Source: Candidatus Hydrogenedentota bacterium
Lineage (GTDB): Bacteria; Hydrogenedentota; Hydrogenedentia; Hydrogenedentales; JAEUWI01
Reading direction: 5' to 3'
Length of the DNA stretch: 64,000 nucleotides
Assembly (NCBI GenBank): GCA_034669905.1
Contig: JAXMOL010000017.1
Span: 1 to 64,000 of the forward strand
The notes under the pieces were generated by a model, which was not told where the DNA came from, made no database searches, and was given only the letters and a program-made list of their open reading frames with translations. A program made the translations under genes and the position numbers. The stretch's first letter is position 1. Every line of letters begins with the position of its first letter. Below, piece by piece: positions 57,432 through 64,000 of this stretch.

Positions 57432-58226
57432 ATGGGCAAGAAGAACGAATGTCCCCCACCGGGGGCACCAGGGTGGATGGCCACCTTCGCCGACTTAATG
57501 AGTCTGCTCCTCACTTTCTTCGTACTTCTGCTCTCTTTCTCCACCATCAGTGATGAAAAATTTAACCAGGCGCTCATGTCCCTGGAAGGGGGCTTCAAAC
57601 CCTTCCCGAAGTCGGCAGGCTTTATCACCCTCATCCCCAAGCCGCCCAAGAACCAGAATGAAGAGGCGGCACAGGTTGCCCGACGTCTGAAGCGGCGCCT
57701 CCAGGTCCGTGGACTGGAGCGCAAGGTTAAGGTGGAGTATGATGCCCTGGGTGGCGTCAAGATTAATCTGCCGAGTTCCCTGCTCTTTGAGGCAAGTGAA
57801 TCGACCCTGCGGCCGGCCGCCCTGCCGATTATCCAGGACATTGCCGAAGTGCTTGGCGAGTTGCCCGAGAGTTTTTTTGAGGTACAGGGGCATACCGACT
57901 CCCGTCCCCTCAGCAATGCGATCCTGTTTCGCGACAATTATGATTTGAGCTACCAGCGGGCCCACAGTGTAACCGAGCAATTGGTCGCCACGGGGGGCAT
58001 TTCTGTGAACCAGTTTGAGATTCACGCCATTGGTGCCGGGCAGCCGATCGCCACGAACAGCACCGAAGAAGGCCGGGCCGCCAATCGCCGTGTCGAGATT
58101 TATGTGCGGGGTTTGTTGGACAAGCAGAAGCTGAATACGTTATTACAAGGCATGGAAACGGATGAGCCGGAGGAAGAGAGAGAGACCCTTCCCCTGTCCC
58201 CCCGTGAACTGGACGACTTGAGGTAA
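57432..58226 (+). CDS. motB: flagellar stator subunit B (PomB/MotS-type) with OmpA-like peptidoglycan-binding domain
   Basis: WMATFADLMSLLLTFFVLLLSFS, GHTD, LSYQRA, NRRVEI. Confidence 0.95.
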   Translation: MGKKNECPPPGAPGWMATFADLMSLLLTFFVLLLSFSTISDEKFNQALMSLEGGFKPFPKSAGFITLIPKPPKNQNEEAAQVARRLKRRLQVRGLERKVKVEYDALGGVKINLPSSLLFEASESTLRPAALPIIQDIAEVLGELPESFFEVQGHTDSRPLSNAILFRDNYDLSYQRAHSVTEQLVATGGISVNQFEIHAIGAGQPIATNSTEEGRAANRRVEIYVRGLLDKQKLNTLLQGMETDEPEEERETLPLSPRELDDLR

Positions 58227-58232
58227 TCGCAC

Positions 58233-58766
58233 ATGGCCGAAGAACAGAATGCGGAGCAGGAAGAAGTAAAGAAGTCTTCTCCCCTGATCAAGTATGGGAT
58301 AATCCTGGGCCTCATTGTGATCGTCCCCATGGTTCTGGCGTTCGTCGTCTATTCGTACTTTTTGAAGCCCGCCCTTGAGCCTGAGGAGCCAGAACAGTCC
58401 GGGCCCGCGGTGGTGGATCCCTTTCCGGCGACGATGACGGAAATCATATTTGACGAACAACAGATTTCGGTGCAGACCGAGGACCCCGAAATGGTGGCGC
58501 CCCTGTTGATCGTGCAGGTTACCCTTATTTGCCGTGATCCTGAAACGGCGGCCCTGGTGGAGCTACGAAAGTCGCTCTTTTCGGCGATGATCCTGCGTAT
58601 GCACCGGGGCCGGACCCGGACCGAACTCAATGACACGTTGGTGGAAAACAGCATCCTGGAGCAGATCAAGCAACAGTCCAATATCCTGTTGAAGCGACTC
58701 AATCCGGAAGCCGATCTGATGGTGTTGGATGCCCTGCACCTGAAATATACGATTGTAGACCTATGA
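58233..58766 (+). CDS. fliL: flagellar basal body-associated protein FliL
   Basis: Short acidic N-terminus, TM, periplasmic domain; position after motB. Confidence 0.8.
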   Translation: MAEEQNAEQEEVKKSSPLIKYGIILGLIVIVPMVLAFVVYSYFLKPALEPEEPEQSGPAVVDPFPATMTEIIFDEQQISVQTEDPEMVAPLLIVQVTLICRDPETAALVELRKSLFSAMILRMHRGRTRTELNDTLVENSILEQIKQQSNILLKRLNPEADLMVLDALHLKYTIVDL

Positions 58767-59110
58767 CCGATGCGCATCATTCGAGTGATTCAGACGCTCG
58801 CAATCACGAATTTGAGGACGAGTTCACGGGCGGGGTGACCGCGCAGGAACATCTGATGATCGATGATTTGGGAGAAGTCACCCTGGAGATTTCGGCGGAT
58901 ATTGGCCAGTGTGACATCACGGTCCGCGAAATTCTCGAGTTGAAAAATGGCACGGTACTCCCGCTGGATAAGGTTGCGGGAGAAATGGCGGATGTATATG
59001 TGAACGGGGTGGCATTTGCACGGGGCGAAGTCGTGGTACTCGTCGACTCGTTGCATGTGCGCCTCGCGGAGATCATTGGTGCCTTCGAGAAAGATGCGGG
59101 CTATGCGTAA
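58763..59110 (+). CDS. fliN: flagellar switch protein FliN (SPOA)
   Basis: VTLEISADIG, LDKVAGE, VYVNGVAFARGEVVV. Confidence 0.88.
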   Translation: MTDAHHSSDSDARNHEFEDEFTGGVTAQEHLMIDDLGEVTLEISADIGQCDITVREILELKNGTVLPLDKVAGEMADVYVNGVAFARGEVVVLVDSLHVRLAEIIGAFEKDAGYA

Positions 59111-59876
59111 GGGCCTCGTCCTCTTGGCCACCCTGATGGCCCCCCTATGGGGCGTTGCGGCGCAGGATAACCTGGATGGCCTTCAACAAACCGCGCCCCC
59201 CAAGGTCCCCCCCATGGCCCTGGATACGGCAGCCCCCGAGCCCACCGCTCCCCCGGAAGTTGTTCCTCCTGCGGAGACTGACCCCTGGATGGAGGAAGTA
59301 AGAAAACTCCAGGCCGAGGAAGATGGGGCCGTGGGAAATACGGAAAGCGCCGACAGTGAGGGTCCGGGTGGCGCCAACGAAAACACGGCCCCCCAGGACG
59401 AGCGTGATTTTGAACTCTTCCCTGCCCTGCTGCAGGGTCTGGCGGCCCTACTGGGCACCTTGGCACTCTTTCTGTTACTTCTTGCTGTCCTGAAGCGCTG
59501 GGGACGGCGTAGCCCCCTTCTGACGGGCACTGGCCTAGGGGAAATGATTGGGCGCATCACCCTGTCGCCCCAGGCCTCAATTCATTTCATCCGGGTAAAG
59601 AACGAAGTGCTTGTGGTTGGGGTAACCCAGCAGTCGGTGAACCTGATTCGCACCATGGACGCAGAACTTTTCGACGCGGAGGAAGAGCTGGAAATGCCCA
59701 GCGGCGCGACGGAAGGTGCCGAACCCATTGATTTTATCGCTCAGTTGCAGGCCTCCCAATCGGCCATGGGACAAGCGGCCACTTCCGCCAATATGGATGA
59801 GGAACTTGATAGCCTGAAGGGCGACCTTCAGCGACTCAAGCAGTACTTCCAGGAAAGCACCCGTGAGCAAGACTAG
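59103..59876 (+). CDS. fliO: flagellar biosynthesis protein FliO/FliZ (extended)
   Basis: Signal peptide, acidic linker, TM, then [25 protein letters not shown] FliO domain; lies between fliN and fliP. Confidence 0.85.
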   Translation: MRKGLVLLATLMAPLWGVAAQDNLDGLQQTAPPKVPPMALDTAAPEPTAPPEVVPPAETDPWMEEVRKLQAEEDGAVGNTESADSEGPGGANENTAPQDERDFELFPALLQGLAALLGTLALFLLLLAVLKRWGRRSPLLTGTGLGEMIGRITLSPQASIHFIRVKNEVLVVGVTQQSVNLIRTMDAELFDAEEELEMPSGATEGAEPIDFIAQLQASQSAMGQAATSANMDEELDSLKGDLQRLKQYFQESTREQD

Positions 59877-60648
59877 CCGTCACATAGCCATCGCGGCGGC
59901 GGTGCTTGTTCTGACCTTGGGCCTTTTCTGCATGCCTGCCGCCCTGGCCCAGGATACGACCGACGCGAGCGTGGGTGGCATTGATGTAAATCAGGCCGTG
60001 CGGAGCTTTACCACCCGTGAAAACGCGTCCAGCTCCCTCGTCATCGTTTTTTTGATCACGATTATCAGTCTGGCACCGGCCATCCTGGTGATGACGACGT
60101 CGTTCACACGCATTATCGTCGTGCTGGGCTTCCTTCGCCAGGCCATGGCCACCCAACAGACGCCCCCCAACCAGATCCTGATTGGGCTGGCGCTGATTCT
60201 CACCTTCTTCATCATGACCCCCACCTATCAGGCCGTCAACGAGACGGCCCTCCAACCCTATATGAACAACGAAATCACGGATACCGAGGCGCTATCTGCC
60301 GCCCTCATCCCCATGCGCGAATTCATGTTTCGTCAAACTCGCCCCAAAGATGTGGTCCTGTTTTTGCGCATCGCCGAAATGGAAGCCCCGCAGACGCGAG
60401 ATGATGTCCCCACGCATGTGCTGGTCCCGGCGTTTATTCTAAGTGAGCTGACGACAGCCTTTATGATTGGTTTCATCATCTACATCCCCTTCCTGATTAT
60501 TGATATGGTAGTCGCCAGTACCCTCATGGCCATGGGCATGATGATGCTCCCCCCCATCTTCGTCTCCCTGCCCTTCAAGATAATCATGTTTGTACTGGCC
60601 GATGGGTGGTTCTTACTCTTTGAAACCCTGACCCGCAGCTTCCAGTAG
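59863..60648 (+). CDS. fliP: flagellar export pore protein FliP
   Basis: [51 protein letters not shown]. Confidence 0.97.
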   Translation: MSKTSRHIAIAAAVLVLTLGLFCMPAALAQDTTDASVGGIDVNQAVRSFTTRENASSSLVIVFLITIISLAPAILVMTTSFTRIIVVLGFLRQAMATQQTPPNQILIGLALILTFFIMTPTYQAVNETALQPYMNNEITDTEALSAALIPMREFMFRQTRPKDVVLFLRIAEMEAPQTRDDVPTHVLVPAFILSELTTAFMIGFIIYIPFLIIDMVVASTLMAMGMMMLPPIFVSLPFKIIMFVLADGWFLLFETLTRSFQ

Positions 60649-60913
60649 GTCTTTCCGTGCCCCTTTATGGCCGGGCACGTTCCCTATTGGCATAAGCGTG
60701 TATGGCTTTCTGCGTAAAACGCGATGCAGCCACACTGGATTGTTGTAACCGCCCCCGCCCGTCCTTATTGAGCCTTACGCAACGTGCCGGTCTGGCTACC
60801 TGTTTGCACCAGAGCCGAGAGCACCGTTCGAGCCGGGGGAAATAAGGAATGCGCCTGGGTGAGGTTGAAAGTGTATGGCGTGTAGACCATCCTATCTCAA
60901 CTCGGAATGGGCC

Positions 60914-60999
60914 CGCCATCTCAGTGAAAGCGGGGACACAGTAATTAAAGTCACGAAAGCCGTCAAGCGCGCTGGATTTCCGCCTTCGCGGGAATGACG
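60914..60999. repeat. inverted pair of GTCATTCCCGCGAA-type palindromic repeats
   Basis: CTGGATTTCCGCCTTCGCGGGAATGACG (60972-60999) faces the degenerate CGCCATCTCAGTGAAAGCGGGGACACAG (60914-60941). Confidence 0.6.
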
Positions 61000-61160
61000 G
61001 CACCTTAGTATCATGACGCTGTGTTTCCAGAAGCATGTCGTGCGGTGCAGAGAAGACGGACAACCCAGAGGACAGTGGTGGCAGCTGAATCCCGCGGGCA
61101 GCAGCACCGATAGTCTTTCCTGGCTCACGATGGAGTCCAAAGCCCCCCACAAATACGATA

Positions 61161-61190
61161 CGGGCGACCCACCCGAAGGTGAGTCGCCCG
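61161..61190 (-). terminator. hairpin (cUUCGg tetraloop) downstream of the PEP-CTERM gene
   Basis: Minus strand CGGGCGACTCACC-TTCG-GGTGGGTCGCCCG followed by TATCGTATTTG. Confidence 0.65.
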
Positions 61191-61247
61191 AGAGTACTCG
61201 TAGGTATGTATTTTTTCTTCGCTAGCTAGCTATTCGGTAACGGGTAA

Positions 61248-62090
61248 TTAGCAGACGGGGCGACGAGCGCGAAGCGCCATGCCGAGCACGCCCATACCAA
61301 GCAACACCATCGTGGTGGGCTCAGGAACGGGAGCAAGCGGCACATCATCGATCACGTCGATGGCATCGTTACCGCAACCCATGGTCCAGTGGAGGGTAAG
61401 ACCACCCGCACCAAGACCATCGTCGACGAGCAGTTCCATGTCGCCGTTGAGATCAATGCAGATCTCGAGGAAGTTGTGGTGGGAACCTTCCACATCTTTA
61501 CCCCAAGCGACCGTAGAACCCAATCCGGTTGCGAGACCGGTGCCATATTCAATGACACCACCGGCCGTCTCATCGACGCGGTAGGGCGTGTTTTCGTCGA
61601 ACGGATTGGGATCGATAATCGACCAACCGTCGTTAATCCACGCACCACCGAAACGAGCTTCGTCATCGTCTGTGGCAACCGCCAGATCGAAATCGGCGTC
61701 TGGCCCCAGGCCGATGAACATATCACCTGCGGGGAACTCCCGATTGAAGGAGTCCGGCCCGTTCGGGTTGTAACCCGTTACCATGCCGATGTAGAGTTTG
61801 CCACCGGTGAAGGCATTGATATCGTCATCTTCGTAGATGTAAAAAATCTGCTCGATGTCGTATTCCTGACCGCCCCACGCATCCCAATTGGAATCGTTGG
61901 CAAAGCGAATAGCCGGATTCACCAAGCTACTCGAGGCCGCATCGTGATCCCAGATCCAGTGGTAACCATCAACACCGGTGCCGTCATGGGTGAACCAGTC
62001 ATCCCAGTCACCGTCGGCCGTGATTGCCGAAGCACTCCCGGCCATCATTACCATGGCTAATGCACTTAGCCATATACCTGTTCTTCTCAT
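61248..62090 (-). CDS. PEP-CTERM sorting domain surface protein
   Basis: Signal peptide ending ASA; C-terminal VPEPTTMVLLGMGVLGMALRARR. Confidence 0.92.
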   Translation of the reverse strand: MRRTGIWLSALAMVMMAGSASAITADGDWDDWFTHDGTGVDGYHWIWDHDAASSSLVNPAIRFANDSNWDAWGGQEYDIEQIFYIYEDDDINAFTGGKLYIGMVTGYNPNGPDSFNREFPAGDMFIGLGPDADFDLAVATDDDEARFGGAWINDGWSIIDPNPFDENTPYRVDETAGGVIEYGTGLATGLGSTVAWGKDVEGSHHNFLEICIDLNGDMELLVDDGLGAGGLTLHWTMGCGNDAIDVIDDVPLAPVPEPTTMVLLGMGVLGMALRARRPVC

Positions 62091-62326
62091 TGTAAAACCC
62101 CTTTCATGGATTTTTGTCGCTGGGAAACACTGTTTAAACTTCGCACTACAATTTATTCTTATACCTACGTCACGCTATCGCTAAACAAGTTACCCAGCCT
62201 TGTTGACGCTGCTTAAAAACTCTATTACGTGGGCGATGCTTACGCCCCGTACGATCCACCTGAAAACTTCCATACGATGGTAGCTACGGGTATCCCAAGT
62301 TCCACCCGTACCCTGCAGTTAACGCA

Positions 62327-62356
62327 ATCATACCCGACGATTTTAAATTCTGTCAA
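62327..62356 (-). promoter_or_regulatory. putative sigma70 promoter of the PEP-CTERM gene
   Basis: Minus strand TTGACA-18 nt-TATGAT. Confidence 0.6.
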
Positions 62357-62602
62357 GTCCCGCTGTCCGTTATACTTAGCCCTGTTCCAAGCGGATCAGT
62401 AATCACTTTACAAACAGCGCATTTTCTGTAGATACTTTTACTACTTTGGGCCTCCGCAACAGCGCATCATACCTCAAAGCCAGCATGAAATCAATTAAAA
62501 CGATTATTTTCGATTTCTGGCAAAAGTTCCCTTTTTCAGACTTTTGGGACCTGACAAAATCTGCAATTCTACGTCTATCGATGGCGTCACCGCCACAGGG
62601 AC

Positions 62603-64000
62603 CTAATTCCCGCCTTCGGCCCGGGCTTTCTTATAGGCATCGATGAGGCCACGGGCCAGGTGCTCGGGAACTTCGTCATAGCCATGGGGCGTCATATCAA
62701 AACTCCCCCGCCCATGCGTCAGGCTGCGCAACTCCGTCGCGTAGCGCAACACCTCGGCTTCTGGTACAAGGGCATGAATACATTGGCGACCGGCACCGAC
62801 CGTTTCCATGCCAATGATACGGCCCCGTCGGCCATTGAGGTCCCCATTGATATCGCCCATGAATTCCTCGGGCATCACGACCCGGATCTCCACGATGGGT
62901 TCGAGGAGGCAGGGCTGTGCGTTCTTCACCGCCTTCTGAATGGCCATTGATGCGGCGATTTTGAAGGCCATCTCCGACGAATCCACATTGTGGAAGGAAC
63001 CGAAGAACAGCTCCACTTCGACGTCCACCACGGGATAACCTGCCACCACCCCTTTGGCCAGGGCTTCCTGGGCGCCCTTGTCGACGTGGGGAATGAATTG
63101 CCGGGGCACGACGCCCCCTACAATGCTATCCACAAAGGCATAGCCACTCCCCCGCTCCCGGGCCTTTACGCGCAGATGCACATCGCCGTACTGCCCATGC
63201 CCCCCTGTCTGCTTCTTATGTTTGCCCTGGGCCTCCGCCGTCCCCTTGATGGTCTCCAGATAGGCTACCTGGGGTGTGGAGGTCTCCACTTCGACATTGT
63301 ACTTCCGTTTCATCCGGTCAAGGAGGATCTCCAGTTGCAGATCGCCGGTTCCCTGAATTACATGTTCTCCGGTCGCTTCGTTGCGGTGATGGGAAAAGGT
63401 GGGGTCTTCTTCGGCGAGTCGATGCAGCGCATCACCGATTTTGTCTTCGTCGGTGCGGGTCTTGGGAGCTATTGCGAGCTTCACCATGGAAGGGGGCATC
63501 TCGATTTCGGGCAGACGGTAGGTCGTTCCGAGGGCTCCGATCGTATCGCCGAAGTTGGTGTGTTTCAGTTTCGTGACGGCGGCGAGATCGCCGGGGCCCA
63601 CTTCATCCACCGCGGTCTGCTCTTTGCCGTTCAGCAGATAGATCTTGCCCGTACGCTCTTTGCTCCCGGTGCTCACATTGTAAAATTCACTGTCCGATTG
63701 GAGGGTGCCCGTGAGGACGCGAAAGAAGGTGAGGTGGCCCACGTAGGGGTCCACGACATTGCGGAAGACCTGCCCGAGGAAGGGCTCATCCCGCCTTACT
63801 GGCAACTCCTTGGGATCGGCCTCCCCATTCTGGACGAGTACATGCCGGTCCAGCGGACTGGGAAACGACTCTGCAATGACGTCCAGCAGCTCATCCACGC
63901 CAAGATACTGGCTCGCGCTACCGGCAATAATGGGCATGATCTTGCCGGCCGTGATGCCGTCGTGCAGGCCCTTATGGAATTCGTCTGGGGTGAGCTCGCC
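62603..64000 (-). CDS. fusA: elongation factor G family protein, 3' part (5' end outside the window); probably an EF-G paralog
   Basis: EEDPTF, GDLQLEI, HKKQTGGHGQYG, IVGGVVPRQFIP, FHNVDSSEMAF, LLEPI, GDLNGRRG; not followed by tuf. Confidence 0.88.
   Translation of the reverse strand, partial: GELTPDEFHKGLHDGITAGKIMPIIAGSASQYLGVDELLDVIAESFPSPLDRHVLVQNGEADPKELPVRRDEPFLGQVFRNVVDPYVGHLTFFRVLTGTLQSDSEFYNVSTGSKERTGKIYLLNGKEQTAVDEVGPGDLAAVTKLKHTNFGDTIGALGTTYRLPEIEMPPSMVKLAIAPKTRTDEDKIGDALHRLAEEDPTFSHHRNEATGEHVIQGTGDLQLEILLDRMKRKYNVEVETSTPQVAYLETIKGTAEAQGKHKKQTGGHGQYGDVHLRVKARERGSGYAFVDSIVGGVVPRQFIPHVDKGAQEALAKGVVAGYPVVDVEVELFFGSFHNVDSSEMAFKIAASMAIQKAVKNAQPCLLEPIVEIRVVMPEEFMGDINGDLNGRRGRIIGMETVGAGRQCIHALVPEAEVLRYATELRSLTHGRGSFDMTPHGYDEVPEHLARGLIDAYKKARAEGGN

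Noticed and set aside
1..64000. tRNA, rRNA, IS transposases, phage or defence genes
   Set aside because: None recognised by eye; tRNAscan, ISfinder and DefenseFinder runs would be needed to exclude them.

Overview
GC-rich bacterial chromosome segment, most likely from Candidatus Hydrogenedentes. This is inferred from a (GE)n linker with an EF-hand-like module, a DUF1559 prepilin carrying the '[15 protein letters not shown]...[19 protein letters not shown]' signature, and a PEP-CTERM protein. The housekeeping content is a partial biotin operon (bioF-bioD-bioA), yicC-gmk-rpoZ-coaBC, a candidate 6S RNA, xerD and the 3' part of an EF-G-family gene. A flagellar system is split into three loci: (1) fliM-fliY/N-fliA plus SwrB-like, FliK-like and FlhB-C-like genes; (2) a 1359-aa membrane/TPR protein followed by FlgN-like, PAS kinase and sigma54 activator genes; (3) a sigma54-promoter-driven flgB-flgC-fliE-fliF-fliG-fliH-fliI-fliJ-ylxF-fliK-flgD-flgE run followed by motA-motB-fliL-fliN-fliO-fliP, with a Na+-type stator. 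The most striking element is the 1359-aa protein. Its predicted cytoplasmic N-terminus carries about 14 copies of an 'LSQxxLDALL' helix resembling the CheY-P-binding peptide of FliM, partly encoded by a recently expanded 90-bp tandem array. Other oddities are an M28/glutaminyl-cyclase-like pseudoenzyme coupled to a GAF kinase, a TPR/zinc-ribbon membrane gene split at an A10 tract, duplicated non-canonical metallophosphoesterases flanking a CHASE kinase, and three kinds of palindromic REP-like repeats. All calls come from reading motifs by eye; no searches were run.
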